NCBI GenBank assembly: GCA_965112635.1
Contig: OZ218778.1
Span: forward strand, 1,984,001-2,048,000
Length of the DNA: 64,000 bases
Direction: 5' to 3'
Source of the DNA: an uncultured bacterium
GTDB taxonomy: Bacteria; Oederibacteriota; Oederibacteriia; Oederibacteriales; Oederibacteriaceae
This document shows, in pieces, positions 10,734 through 21,543 of this stretch. The first letter of the stretch is position 1. Each line of letters begins with the position of its first letter. Below the pieces are notes generated by a model. It did not search any database and was not told the DNA's origin. It saw only the letters and a program-made list of their open reading frames with translations. A program made the translations under genes and the position numbers.

Positions 10734-11684
10734 TTAGGTAGGACCTATTTTTTTGAAATATTTTACCAAGGTCAGGCGGTTTTCCTTACCAGGGGCGGTA
10801 AAGTGCTCCACCTCGTCTACCAGTCTCTTGATCAAGGCCCGGCCACGGCCCCTGTCTTTGTAAGCTTGAGTAGAGTCGTCCTCTATCTGGGTATATTCAT
10901 ATGGTTTGCCGTGGTCGATTAAGGTCAAGGAAAACCTGTCAGCATCGATTGTGATCTCCATTTTAATGTTTTGGCTCTTCTCCCAATTCAGGGAATGTTC
11001 CATAACATTATTAACGGCCTCGTCTACAGCCAACTCAAAATCGTTGGTAAAGTCCTGAGAGAACCCTGCCTGCAAAGAAAGCAAGCCAATGAACTGCCGT
11101 ATCGTAGGGATGAGCCGTAACTCACAGGGGAATGTAAGGTCTAGTTTTTGTTTTTTGTCTTCCAGGTCCGACTTTTTGAAAGCGCTGATCTTGCCCTTAG
11201 GATCGATATAGGAAATGTTAAAGCAGTTACCGCAGGTATAAAGATCGCTGGAAGCGGCTACAATAACGGATCCACATGTGGGGCAGGCGATCTGCAGGGG
11301 AAAAGCAACTTGTTCCAGGTCTTGTTGTTTAGACTGGAGCAGGGAGTTTTTAGCGGCTGCGATGTCGGGCAAGATTTCGATGACTTTAGGAAGCCCCATC
11401 ATTTCAAGAACTTTCATGATCTTGGGAGGAACCGCGGCAAATTTAAGATCTCCGTCGATCTGAAGCAGGTCGTCAACTTTTTCCATAAATAAGCCGATCC
11501 CGGCGCTGCTGATATAGTCAAGCTTGGAAAAGTCTACGATGATTAGCTTGTTGTTCTTTTGGATAAGGGTTTGAAGGCTGGCCCTGAAATCCACCGAGGT
11601 ATTGCTGTCCAGAGATCCTGAAATCGCAACGACCGTGACGCCCTGAATATCTTTTTCTGTGACTGCAAATTTGAAGTCCGGCAT
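10734..11684 (-). CDS. STAS (anti-anti-sigma) + Zn ribbon + anti-sigma-type HATPase fusion
   Basis: GSLD..T, LDYISSAGIG (phospho-Ser), CPTC..CGNC, LAVDEAVNNVMEH, DHGKP, GRGRALIKRLVDEV. Confidence 0.88.
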   Translation of the reverse strand: MPDFKFAVTEKDIQGVTVVAISGSLDSNTSVDFRASLQTLIQKNNKLIIVDFSKLDYISSAGIGLFMEKVDDLLQIDGDLKFAAVPPKIMKVLEMMGLPKVIEILPDIAAAKNSLLQSKQQDLEQVAFPLQIACPTCGSVIVAASSDLYTCGNCFNISYIDPKGKISAFKKSDLEDKKQKLDLTFPCELRLIPTIRQFIGLLSLQAGFSQDFTNDFELAVDEAVNNVMEHSLNWEKSQNIKMEITIDADRFSLTLIDHGKPYEYTQIEDDSTQAYKDRGRGRALIKRLVDEVEHFTAPGKENRLTLVKYFKKIGPT

Positions 11685-11692
11685 TTTATTCC

Positions 11693-13195
11693 TTATTTGT
11701 CCTGTTTTTTCAGCGCCAGCAAGGTGATGTCGTCTGCAGGCTCCACGATTCCGCTGAATTCAGTGACCCGCTGGCATATCTTGTTTACCACATCCCCCGC
11801 GGGCAATTTCAGGGATTCCAAAAGACAGCTGTTAATTCTTTCGATGCCAAATTGTTCTCCCGAAGAGTTGGTCGCCTCATTGACACCGTCGGTGTAAATC
11901 ACCACGATGTCGCCGGTTTCGAGCATTACGGTTTGGTCCTTCAAATACTGTTCGAATTTGGACCCAGCTGCGATCCCCAAGGCTACACCGTTGGATGGGA
12001 TCACTTCTACCTGGCGTGTGGAAGAGCGTGCCACCAGCAGAGGTAAATGGCCGGCGTTTGCGCATCTCAACACCCTAGTTTCTAAATCTAAAATAGCATA
12101 AAACATCGTCACAAACATGCCTTTTTTCATATTCTCACGGAAAAGAACGTTGGTTTGGGAAAGGACTCTGGAGGGGGAAGGGTTGCCTTGAACCTGTGAA
12201 CGGAGAAGACTTCGGGTCATGACCATACCTAGGGAGCCGGGGATTCCTTTGCCGGACACATCGGCCACTACGATACCGAGCAACCTGTCATTGAGCTGGA
12301 AATAGTCGAAATAATCGCCACCGATCTCCTTGGCTGGTGAATAATAGGACCGCAGTTCAAAACCCGGCAGGTCAGGGATTGTTTTGGGGAGCAGAAAGTC
12401 CTGAATCTCATGGGCGATCTGCAGCTCTTTCTTGAACTTTTCTTTTTCGATCTGTTCGAGCTGGGCCTGCTTAAGACGGCCGGTCATGTCATTGAAAGCA
12501 TAAGCTAGTTCTCCCAGTTCATCCTTGCTGGAAATATCAATTTTATGTTCAAAATTTCCAGTGGCCAAGAATGAAACGCCGGCGCTCAGATTCTTGAGGG
12601 GGTTCAGTAACCACCTCACTAACAAAGAGGAGCTCAGGATGCCCAACACGAGGGCTATAAGGGTGATGTAGAGTATAAGCTGTGCCACATGGGCTACGGC
12701 CAATTTGATCTCGTGGTCTGAAAACCCGATCCTAACCAAACCTATTTTTTTAGTTTTAACGACCATGGGCATGGATATGTCATAGCCGCTTTCGCCGTCC
12801 AGGTTCTTGAAGGGTTGGACGAGCAACGAATCCGCTGACAAAGCCTGCAGGGTCAAAGGGTCTGTGAATTTTTTATTTTTGGCCACCGTGTGGTCGGAGT
12901 GCGAGATTACTTCTCCCTCGGAGTTAAGGACCATGGCATAAAGGATGGATTTCTCCTGCATGAGCCTGTCCAGGGAAACGCCGAGTAAAAGTTCGTCGCC
13001 AGTCAGAAGATTTTCCGTACTATTCGAAGCTAGGTTGGCGACAAGCGCCTGGCCTTTTTTAACCATTTCATTGACCAATGGTTTTTTGACCTGTTGGAGG
13101 GTAATCCAGGCAACCAAGCTCATTATGATGACGATCAAGGCGCCGACAAAAAGTCCGAATTTTACTTTAAGACTCAAGCCTCTTTTTGGGTTCAA
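11693..13195 (-). CDS. membrane HAMP + SpoIIE/RsbU-type PP2C phosphatase
   Basis: Two TMs around a periplasmic domain, HAMP (DELGELAYAFNDM), IGGDYFD, ADVSGKG, YTDGVNE, DDITL. Confidence 0.92.
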   Translation of the reverse strand: MNPKRGLSLKVKFGLFVGALIVIIMSLVAWITLQQVKKPLVNEMVKKGQALVANLASNSTENLLTGDELLLGVSLDRLMQEKSILYAMVLNSEGEVISHSDHTVAKNKKFTDPLTLQALSADSLLVQPFKNLDGESGYDISMPMVVKTKKIGLVRIGFSDHEIKLAVAHVAQLILYITLIALVLGILSSSLLVRWLLNPLKNLSAGVSFLATGNFEHKIDISSKDELGELAYAFNDMTGRLKQAQLEQIEKEKFKKELQIAHEIQDFLLPKTIPDLPGFELRSYYSPAKEIGGDYFDYFQLNDRLLGIVVADVSGKGIPGSLGMVMTRSLLRSQVQGNPSPSRVLSQTNVLFRENMKKGMFVTMFYAILDLETRVLRCANAGHLPLLVARSSTRQVEVIPSNGVALGIAAGSKFEQYLKDQTVMLETGDIVVIYTDGVNEATNSSGEQFGIERINSCLLESLKLPAGDVVNKICQRVTEFSGIVEPADDITLLALKKQDK

Positions 13196-13234
13196 AACCT
13201 TCTCCTTAACTCACCGCATTCTATATTTAATGGG

Positions 13235-15166
13235 CTATTGGGACTCAATAAGGATCTCAACCCGGCGGTTTTGAGCCCGGCCCTCCTCATTACTGTTGGA
13301 AGCCAAGGGCTTTTTCTCGCCAAACCCTTTGATGATCATGCGTTCCGGGGCGATCTTGCCCTTTTCGATCAGATAATAGTATACGCTTTTAGCCCTGGCC
13401 TCGGAAAGCTCAAGGTTGTTCTTATAGGCTGAGGTCGACGCTGGCGGGACATTGTCGGTATATCCTTCGATCCGGATTTTTACTTGGGGGTATTCAGAAA
13501 GCAATGAAGCGATCTTGTCAAGACTGCCGAAGGCGCCGCTTTTCAGGTCGGTTTTTCCGGAGTCAAAAAGCATTTTTTCAGAAAGGGTCAGCCGGCTTCC
13601 TTCCTTGTCCTGTTTGACCTGGATGTTGTTGAGAGCGCCGGATTGGATCGAAGCAAAGATCGTTTCTTCGACCTCCGCAATCCTGCCCGCCTCATCCGTA
13701 ATTTTGGCTTTTATATTATTAGGGCCTTCTTTCAGGTTCATAAAGGCGCTGAAAGTGCGGGTCTGGGGGTTTAGGGATGCTTTGATGGAGCCGGGGTCCA
13801 GGACGATGCTTTCTATATTGGATTTATTGTAGGTGCCCTGGATGGTCTGCATCCCAACCCCCGACTCTTCCGGAGCTTTTGTAAAGGCAAGGGCTGGCAC
13901 CAGGGTGTCCACTTTGATGGATGCTACCGTCTCGTTGGAGCGGCCTTGGCTATCTTCGGCCGTAAGGCGAATATGGTAGTAATCGTTCAAGTTGACCAAA
14001 CTTTTGGGGTCCCAAATCACCGAAAGCGAGCCGTCGGCGTTGCTGGTCATGGTAAGTCCCTTGGTCATCCATAGGTCAGGCAAGTTCAAAGAGCTGTAGG
14101 AGACTTCCACTTTACCCATGGCCACGCTGCTGGAAACGAACCCGGTGATCATTAACGGTTGGTCAACATTGGTCACAAAACGGGTGGGCAGGGTGAGCTC
14201 CACTTGGGGAATTTCCTTGTCCAGCCGAGCTAGCCCGTTGTCCGTGCCGAACCAGACGTAATTACCCTGAATGGCGATAGCCGTTACCGAACCATCCACC
14301 AGGCCGTCCTCCACCGAGTAAGATCTCCAGGAATGATCATGGGTGTCGTACCTGCTGACACCGTCAAAAGTACCTGCCCAGAGATAGCGCCCGTCATGGG
14401 CCAGTGCCTGTAAAAAGTCGTCCTTGAGGCCGTCCTTATTTTGGTACATGGTCCACATGGTTGTGGCACGGTCAAAGACCCGCAAGCCACCCCCATTGGT
14501 GCCGGACCAGATGCGGTCGCCTTCGATGCTGAGAACAATGTTGGTGTACATGAGGGATTCGGAGTTAAAGAGGGTCCAGCGGTCCCGCTGAGGCAAATAA
14601 CGATTGATGTTCGCCCCGACGGTCCCGACCAGTATTTCCTCTCCATCCGAAGCGATGGCTTTGATAAAGCTGTTGGAAAGCCCGTCCTGGTCAGTGAAGG
14701 TTCGCCATTTATTCTGAGAGTATTTAAACAGCGAGATGCCCTTGGGAGTGCCCACCCACAGGTCTCCCTTGGCCAGACATAAAGCCGTGACCACCGGATC
14801 GGCAAGTCCGTCTTGGGTCCCGTAGGAGCGGAACGAGCCATTTTGTTTGTCGTAAACCCAAAGGCCCTGTTCCGTGCCACACCAAATCTTATCCGGGCCG
14901 GTCAGCAGGCAGGTGATTGCCGCAGACCCGGGGCCCCCGTTTTTACCCATGGGGGTAAATTTTTGAGAATCTGGGTCAAAGACACAAAGGCCGGCACCAG
15001 TCCCGATCCACAATTTGGACCCGTCCACAGCCAGAGCCTTGACGCTGTTATTCACCAGGCCTTCTTTGGTCGTAAAAGTAGTGAAAGGGCCGGCGGCTAG
15101 ACTGGCAGGGACCAGTCCCAGCCATAAGAGGGAAAAGCATTTTGTGTACCATGTTAGTTTGGACAT
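13235..15166 (-). CDS. secreted beta-propeller (two-component regulator-type repeats) + Ig-like + OmpA/MotB peptidoglycan-binding domain
   Basis: Signal peptide; repeated DGL.....V.AL...G..LW.GT..G blades; C-terminal FDSGK, IEGYTD, NLELSEARA, GRAQNRRVEI; start chosen by RBS. Confidence 0.85.
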   Translation of the reverse strand: MSKLTWYTKCFSLLWLGLVPASLAAGPFTTFTTKEGLVNNSVKALAVDGSKLWIGTGAGLCVFDPDSQKFTPMGKNGGPGSAAITCLLTGPDKIWCGTEQGLWVYDKQNGSFRSYGTQDGLADPVVTALCLAKGDLWVGTPKGISLFKYSQNKWRTFTDQDGLSNSFIKAIASDGEEILVGTVGANINRYLPQRDRWTLFNSESLMYTNIVLSIEGDRIWSGTNGGGLRVFDRATTMWTMYQNKDGLKDDFLQALAHDGRYLWAGTFDGVSRYDTHDHSWRSYSVEDGLVDGSVTAIAIQGNYVWFGTDNGLARLDKEIPQVELTLPTRFVTNVDQPLMITGFVSSSVAMGKVEVSYSSLNLPDLWMTKGLTMTSNADGSLSVIWDPKSLVNLNDYYHIRLTAEDSQGRSNETVASIKVDTLVPALAFTKAPEESGVGMQTIQGTYNKSNIESIVLDPGSIKASLNPQTRTFSAFMNLKEGPNNIKAKITDEAGRIAEVEETIFASIQSGALNNIQVKQDKEGSRLTLSEKMLFDSGKTDLKSGAFGSLDKIASLLSEYPQVKIRIEGYTDNVPPASTSAYKNNLELSEARAKSVYYYLIEKGKIAPERMIIKGFGEKKPLASNSNEEGRAQNRRVEILIESQ

Positions 15167-15213
15167 AATAACTCCTTTCCTTACCCCTGTTGAAAACATT
15201 GTGGTCGCACCGT

Positions 15214-17148
15214 TCATCCTGGTGAAACGCCCATTACTTTCAGATTTTTAATCTTGTTCTGTACCCTTTTTAAGAAAAGAGCCGCCTTTTGATTGTCCGG
15301 GTCAAGGCTGCAGCTTTTACGCCAGCTGGCTTCGGCCTCTTCCAGTTTATTCTCCCTGTAATAGTAAATCCCCAGGCCGACGGTGGCTTTGACCAGGTAT
15401 TGCTTGATGAGATTGTTCATGGGGTCGTATTGGAGGGCTTCCTCCCATTCCTTGACCGCGTCCGCGTAATTACTTTCGTTGTAAAAGTTAATGCCTTTAA
15501 GATAATGGCTTTGCACTTTGTCATTGTAGTCAGTTTGGGTCTTGACCAAGGCGAGCCGGGCCTCTTCCATGGTGGGGTCCGCGTCCAAGGCGTGCTGAAA
15601 ATTGTCTATGGCATTTTGCATTTCTTTTTTGGCCAGGAATTCGTTGGCCTTGTCAAAGAACTGTTGAGCGATCTTCCGGACCAACTCTTTGGCCTCGGCG
15701 TTATTGGGGTCTATTTCCAAGGCCTGGTGAAGAGGATCCAGGCTCTCTGTCCACTTTCCTTGGTCGAACAAGTCCTTGCCTGTTTTAAAGACTTTGTCTC
15801 CATAGTCTTTCTTTTGCTGGGACTCTTTCATCTTGTCCCTGGCTTTGGCGATGCGTTCCGAGGTGTCCGAATATCCCGGATAATGGTCCAAAACTTTGCT
15901 CCAGAGGTCGCAGGCTTTGAGGTAATCTCCTTGCGCATTGGCGTCAAGGCCCTGTTTAAAAAGATCGTAAACTTTCTGGTTGGCTTCCGCCATCATTTTG
16001 CTGGCTTTATCTTCGTCCGGTTGGAGGTCCAGGATGGCCTGCCAGGCGTTGATGGCTTTTTTGTAGTTTTCGTCCCGGTAGCTGGTATCGGCCTCCTGGT
16101 AGTGTTTTTGGATCAGGTCAGAGCGTTCCTGGGAGGCTTTTTCAATGGATTTTTTAGCCACATTATCACTAGGGTCCAGATGGAGAACGTCGTTCCAGCG
16201 GTCAATGGCCTGACGGAATTTGCCTTCCTGATAAAATTTGGAGGCTTCAGCGTGGTATTGGGTAACGAGTTTTTGTAAAGCGGGGGAGAGCTCGGCTGGT
16301 CCGGCCCCGGCCTGTCCAAGGCCGAGACAAACCGTGAAAAGGTGCATTGAGTTTAAAATGCTGTGGTGGACATAGGCATAGGACCAATCGCCGTGATTGA
16401 AATTTTTCAAGGTGAGTCCCGCGGAAATGAACTGGTTATCGGGATAATTAGCTGCGCCGACCCCCAAGGCCAAACTGCCGAGATCGAACTCCAGGCCGCC
16501 TGTGGGGCAGAAGTTCGAATTCAACAGTAAGCCATCGAATGCCCCTGTCACTTTGCTGCTCAGCCAGGAAAAACTTAAACCAAGTCTTTCGTAGGCCGGA
16601 ACCGGTTGGGTGCCATTGAAAAAGGTGTAAGAAGTATTCAAATTATGAACTGTCAAGGACAACCTCTGGCAATTCAACAGGGCCGGGGTTGGGGGTATCA
16701 CCCATAAGACGCTGGCATTGATGGCGGTCCCGGACGGACCTGTCTGATCGCTAGAATTTTGAACGAGCTGGACCGTGCTGCCGATGGATAATGAAGGGAA
16801 AAGTTTGAGAGAAAGGGCGGCGGCGTAAATCTGGGTGTCGGCCAGGAAAGGGCCCGCGGCAAAGCCTATTTCATCGGTCAGCTTGGTGGCAAACTGGCCA
16901 AAATTATAGGAATTGGAATTCATTCCTAAATAGGAGTAGGATAATTCTCCTTCTTCCAAAAAGGAAAGGGCGGCTGGATCATAAAACAGCGCTGTGCCGC
17001 CTTCCGGGAGAGCGCCTCCTGCCCCGCCTAAAGCTATGGACCGGGCTCCCTCGCCGAGGGGGAAGTAGTAAGCTCTAGCGCCTCCAGGAAAAATGGTTAA
17101 GAAAATGATGAGTGCTATAAAGATCAGTTTTAATCGGTGTGTAGGCAA
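15214..17148 (-). CDS. PorV/FadL-like outer-membrane barrel fused to TPR repeats
   Basis: Signal peptide then GARSIALGGAG..ALFYDPAALS (PorV/PorQ-like N-terminus), DWSYAY barrel end, many TPRs (W..VL.LDP.N). Confidence 0.75.
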   Translation of the reverse strand: MPTHRLKLIFIALIIFLTIFPGGARAYYFPLGEGARSIALGGAGGALPEGGTALFYDPAALSFLEEGELSYSYLGMNSNSYNFGQFATKLTDEIGFAAGPFLADTQIYAAALSLKLFPSLSIGSTVQLVQNSSDQTGPSGTAINASVLWVIPPTPALLNCQRLSLTVHNLNTSYTFFNGTQPVPAYERLGLSFSWLSSKVTGAFDGLLLNSNFCPTGGLEFDLGSLALGVGAANYPDNQFISAGLTLKNFNHGDWSYAYVHHSILNSMHLFTVCLGLGQAGAGPAELSPALQKLVTQYHAEASKFYQEGKFRQAIDRWNDVLHLDPSDNVAKKSIEKASQERSDLIQKHYQEADTSYRDENYKKAINAWQAILDLQPDEDKASKMMAEANQKVYDLFKQGLDANAQGDYLKACDLWSKVLDHYPGYSDTSERIAKARDKMKESQQKKDYGDKVFKTGKDLFDQGKWTESLDPLHQALEIDPNNAEAKELVRKIAQQFFDKANEFLAKKEMQNAIDNFQHALDADPTMEEARLALVKTQTDYNDKVQSHYLKGINFYNESNYADAVKEWEEALQYDPMNNLIKQYLVKATVGLGIYYYRENKLEEAEASWRKSCSLDPDNQKAALFLKRVQNKIKNLKVMGVSPG

Positions 17149-17236
17149 GCTGGTTCTCCAACATCCTTCCCGGGTTAGTCTATAAAATTCATAATAATTT
17201 TACCCCAGTAGGGTTTGTTCTACAAACCATAACTGA

Positions 17237-17278
17237 AAAAAAAGGGGGAGGCGAAATATCGCCTCCCCCTTTTTTTTG
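17237..17278. terminator. intrinsic terminator (bidirectional geometry)
   Basis: A-run GGGGGAGGCGA aata TCGCCTCCCCC T-run. Confidence 0.9.
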
Positions 17279-17294
17279 TTTCAGAATCGGTCGG

Positions 17295-17624
17295 TTACTT
17301 AGCTGCGCCAGCTTTTCTCATCATCTTTTTAAGCGCTTTCTGGTCCGCCCTTAATTTCTTTTCGGCTGCTTTCTGGGCTGCTTTGTCTGCTTTCTGCTGG
17401 GTTTTATCCTGGGCAATGGCCGCTTTATCTTTGGCCTTCTTGTCCGCTTTGAGTTTGTCTCCGTCTGCTTTTACTGCAGCTTTAGCTTGATCCACAGCCT
17501 GCTTGTCTGCGTCAACGGTCGCCTGAGAGATCGGTGCAACCGCAGCTGTCTGAGCAACCAATAAAGAAGCCCCGCTCAAAACAAACACCATAACCACTAA
17601 AACCAAAATTTTAGTCATTTTCAT
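17295..17624 (-). CDS. small secreted Lys/Ala-rich coiled-coil protein
   Basis: Signal peptide then KAD/KAA heptads; paralog at 37554. Confidence 0.75.
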   Translation of the reverse strand: MKMTKILVLVVMVFVLSGASLLVAQTAAVAPISQATVDADKQAVDQAKAAVKADGDKLKADKKAKDKAAIAQDKTQQKADKAAQKAAEKKLRADQKALKKMMRKAGAAK

Positions 17625-17818
17625 TTTCTATTCACCTCTTTTCTTTAGTTAATTTTGAATATCAAGATGTAGACCCTAATAGGTTCAACATTCTACTATA
17701 AATAACAATCTAAGGGTGAGAAAAATTTCATTAGGAAAGGGAGTATTTATAGCGCATTTTTAAGGGAAAAGTGAGATAATTATTTTAATTAGAGTTTGTA
17801 ATTGTTTTGGGAGGGGCA

Positions 17819-18481
17819 TTGAAGCGATCAGGCGTATTCCTGCTGTTATTGGTATCAATATTTTTAATGGCTAGCTGCGCTCACCGGGTCTTGGTCAGTC
17901 CTGTAGTGGATTTCAGCCAATATCAACGCATGGCTGTGCTGCCTTTTGACAGCAATACGACCTTTTCCAATGCCGGGAGCGAATTGGCGGACGGAATCGT
18001 GGTCCAGCTCATTCAGAATGCTCCGGCCGTGACCGTCGTGGAAAGGGCCAAGATCGACCAGGTCTTGCAGGAACAAAATTTGGCCGCCAGCGGTATTTTG
18101 GACCCATCAACGACGGTCAAGTTGCACCAGCTTTTAGGTATCAACCTGCTTCTGACCGGTAACTTCAAGGTCGCCATCGGCGATACCGTAGCGCCTTTGA
18201 GCTATTCCAACGGCGCCAGCGGTTCGCTGACGCCCCAGGACATCTATACGACCCGGCTGGTCAAAGGCACGGCGGTGGCGAGACTGATCGACGTGACCAC
18301 GGGCAAAGTGATATGGGCTAAACAGTTCGAAGCCGACACGTCCACCTATGCCATTTCTTCGAGCGGGCAACTGGTTGCCAGCGGCACCCGGACGGACGGG
18401 GAACTGGTGGATGACGTGGCCAACACTATAGCGCTTCATATAGCACAATGCTTTTGGGAACACGAAGAATATCAGTGGTAA
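17819..18481 (+). CDS. CsgG/HfaB-like lipoprotein
   Basis: Lipobox MASC; RMAVLPF, VVERAKIDQVLQEQ, ARLIDVTTGKVIW. Confidence 0.8.
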   Translation: MKRSGVFLLLLVSIFLMASCAHRVLVSPVVDFSQYQRMAVLPFDSNTTFSNAGSELADGIVVQLIQNAPAVTVVERAKIDQVLQEQNLAASGILDPSTTVKLHQLLGINLLLTGNFKVAIGDTVAPLSYSNGASGSLTPQDIYTTRLVKGTAVARLIDVTTGKVIWAKQFEADTSTYAISSSGQLVASGTRTDGELVDDVANTIALHIAQCFWEHEEYQW

Positions 18482-18495
18482 AGGAGGTAAGGGAC

Positions 18496-18933
18496 ATGAA
18501 AAAGATATTATTCATCGCATTCCTGGTTGTTTTGGGAGCGACTTTTTACGCTGAAGCCCTTGAAATTTACCACTGGAACGAAGTCGACCAAGGTTTTGTA
18601 AGGGCTAAAGCGGAGAACAAAATGGTCGCTATCGACTTTTATTCCCCCAATGAAGGCTGGCAGAAGAAAATGGATGACCCTGCACGCAATGAGGTCAGGC
18701 AGCTTTTACAGGACCATTTTATTTTCATGAAAATCAATGTTTATGGTGAAAATATCGTGAGCTTCAAAGGACGCAAAGTCCTGGAAAGAGACCTGGCCCA
18801 GGAATTCATGGTGTCGGTCTATCCCACCCTTGTTTTTATGGACGCTGACGCCCATCCGCTTACCTATCTGCAGGGCTATGTCGCGCCTCCGGACATGCTG
18901 GCAGTGTTAAAGTACCTGCTTAAGATAAAATAA
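18496..18933 (+). CDS. thioredoxin-fold (SoxW-like) secreted protein lacking CxxC
   Basis: AKAENKMVAIDFY, KKMD, LAQEF.V..YPTLVFMD, QGYVAP. Confidence 0.7.
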   Translation: MKKILFIAFLVVLGATFYAEALEIYHWNEVDQGFVRAKAENKMVAIDFYSPNEGWQKKMDDPARNEVRQLLQDHFIFMKINVYGENIVSFKGRKVLERDLAQEFMVSVYPTLVFMDADAHPLTYLQGYVAPPDMLAVLKYLLKIK

Positions 18934-19097
18934 GTTTTCCCGCTAGAAAGCGCGCTATCCGTTCTGAAAAAGCAGATATTTGAGGAACTTTCTTTGCCTT
19001 TTATTGTCTAATATTAGGGTAATGGTATATAAAAACCTTAAAAACATGCTATTTGCTGGGTCCTTTTGGGGATTTTGCAGAAGTAATGGAATAAGAG

Positions 19098-21349
19098 TTG
19101 ATTCGTGGCTATACTAAAAAAATAGGCTTTAATTTTAAAGAAAGGTTGGTACTCAGAGTGGGGGTAAACCGTTTGAAATTCACGGTATCCTTCATATTTT
19201 TATTCCTATTGATCTTTTTCGCTGTTCCTCTGCTTCAGGCGGATACAGTCGTAGTCAACAACTTATTAGCTTTACAAGCCGCCGTTTCTGCTTGCAGCGT
19301 AATAAGGCCTCCTGGCGGCAGGGTGATCATCATTCAGCCAGGGACCTATTCCCAAACCGACGAGGTCAACGTTACCATGACGCCAGGCACAGCAGACACG
19401 ATCGACCGTCTTACGATCACCGGTTCCACTGGCAATTACAATGACACGGTCCTGCAGGGTATGGGGATCGATAACACAAATCAAAATTTCAACTTCTGGG
19501 TCCACGATGCCCCCAATGTGACGATCATGAACATGACCCTTAAGAACACCTACTATTCCGCGATCCAGATCGAATTGAACTCCCAAAATTTTGAGGCGCT
19601 CAATGTGAAAATGCTCGATAACGGCGAGTGCGGTTTCAAGATAGCCAGTTCAACAGGGATCCTTGACCCTGTCACTCAGCCCAACTATCCTGATTTTGGG
19701 CTGGTGGAGAACTGCTGGATCGGTTTTTCGTCGACCGGACATCGCACTGTTGTAGAAGGTTTTGACAATGTCGCGGCGCAGGGGTGGGTGGTGGCCCATA
19801 ACACTTTTGTCAATGTTCAAGGGCCCCCGGGCCAGGGTGTCGTGGGTTATGGCTGTTTTGACAAGGGAGGTTCTATCAATTGCACGATTGACAGCAACTT
19901 ATTTCTGGATTGTGACATTGGGGCTTCTTTCGGGGGGGCAGCACGGGTACGCAATTTTTCCGCAACGGGACCTATCCTGTGGAGAACATAGGCGGCATCA
20001 TCAAGAACAATATCATCTGGGACCCTAACGATACCAATGCTGACACGGGGATTTATATCAACTGCGCCCAGAATTCCAAGGTTGAAAATAATACCGTGTG
20101 GAACCAGGCCGCTTGTTACACTGCCTCTCTCACCCCTTACGCCAATTCCATCGAGTTTCGCTTTGTCACCTGCACCGGATGCGTGTGCTACAACAATATA
20201 TGCCAAGGGGCTATCGTGAAGCGGGATGGTGCTGTGTGGGCGGCCCAAACCAATAACCAGCAGCAGTACATGAATTTTCCTCCCTTTCCCTTTGTCAACG
20301 CTGGGGGAGGCGATTTCCGTCTTCTCGCAGGCTCCTCGCCAGTGGATGCCGGTTTGTCCCTGCCTGCGGATGTTCCTGTCGACATAACAGGTACCGCAAG
20401 GCCCCAGGGGTGCTGCTGGGATATCGGTGCCTGGGAATTGATCCAGGGCACTTCAACTTTCACGCGGACTTCCACGCCCACCTATACAGGGACCGCCACC
20501 GCTACGCCGACCCGGACCGCGACCATAAGCCAGACGGCCACCCAGACGTTGACCCCGGCGGCAAGCTTTACCTGGACCGCCACGGCGACCCTGACGCTGA
20601 CCTCGTCGCAGACCCTTACCCCCAGCCAGACTTTTACCATTACCACCACCTCCACCCAAACCGTGACGCCGTCGCAGACCCTGACGCCCAGCCAGACCTT
20701 GACGCCCAGTCAGACTTTGACCTCCAGCCAGACCTTCACCATTACCAGCACCTCCACCCAGACCGGCACCTCGACCCTGACCCTGACCTCCAGCCAGACT
20801 CCGACCTCGAGCCAGACACCCACTGTCACGACCACCGCGACCCAAACCCAAACCCCCAGCCAGACGGCAACAGCTTCTCAAACAGCCACCATTACGCAGA
20901 CATTCACGGTCACCACCACGTTTACCGCGACCCTCACGGGGAGCCAGACCTTTACCGGTACCCAAACCGCCACCGCAACGCAGACTGTTACCCCTTCAAT
21001 GACCTTTACGCCTTCCCTGACTTTTACCAACACGCCGACTTTTATTACCACCCCGCCTACCTTGGGCAACAGCTTTATATATCCTTCGCCAGTCAACGGA
21101 AACAATGCCACGATCGTGTATTTCATGTCAGGGCCCGGGACCGTCAAGATACGAGTGTATAACGAGGCGGCACAGCTGGTGGCGACCTTAGAGGAGAATA
21201 AGCAGGGGGGCCCACAAGCGAGCCTTTTGGATGTGAGTAATTATGTGTCCGGAGTCTATCTCTATTTGATCAACATGAGGTACAACTCATCGGTGACCTA
21301 TACGGGTAACAACAAGGTGGGGCCAAAAAAATTCATAGTGCTGAAATAG
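19098..21349 (+). pseudogene. secreted right-handed beta-helix protein with Thr-rich linker and T9SS-like C-terminal domain, frameshifted at a G7 tract
   Basis: ORFs 19098-19991 and 19979-21349 join if G7 (19932-19938) is G8 (SFGGGSTGTQFFRNGTYPVENIGG); DFRL..GS..VDAG, RPQG..WDIGAWE; CTD YPSP..VKIRVYNEAAQLV..SGVYLY. Confidence 0.75.
20450..21060 (+). repeat. coding Thr/Ser-rich low-complexity repeat (TPSQTL, 18-bp units)
   Basis: acgccgtcgcagaccctg / acgcccagccagaccttg / acgcccagtcagactttg units. Confidence 0.85.
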
Positions 21350-21543
21350 TTTCCAGTCTTCCCGCCTGACTTTCCCGCATTTCCCCCTTTTTGTTTTACT
21401 TAAATTTAACTTAACCAGCTCGCTACAGATGGAGGTGAGTGCTATATCCAAAAAAATGAGGATTTGTGAAGGAATAGGCATTATAATTCTGGAAGAGTAA
21501 AGTCCTGTTGTAGCAGGGCCTTGTTGAATAAAGGAGGATTTAA

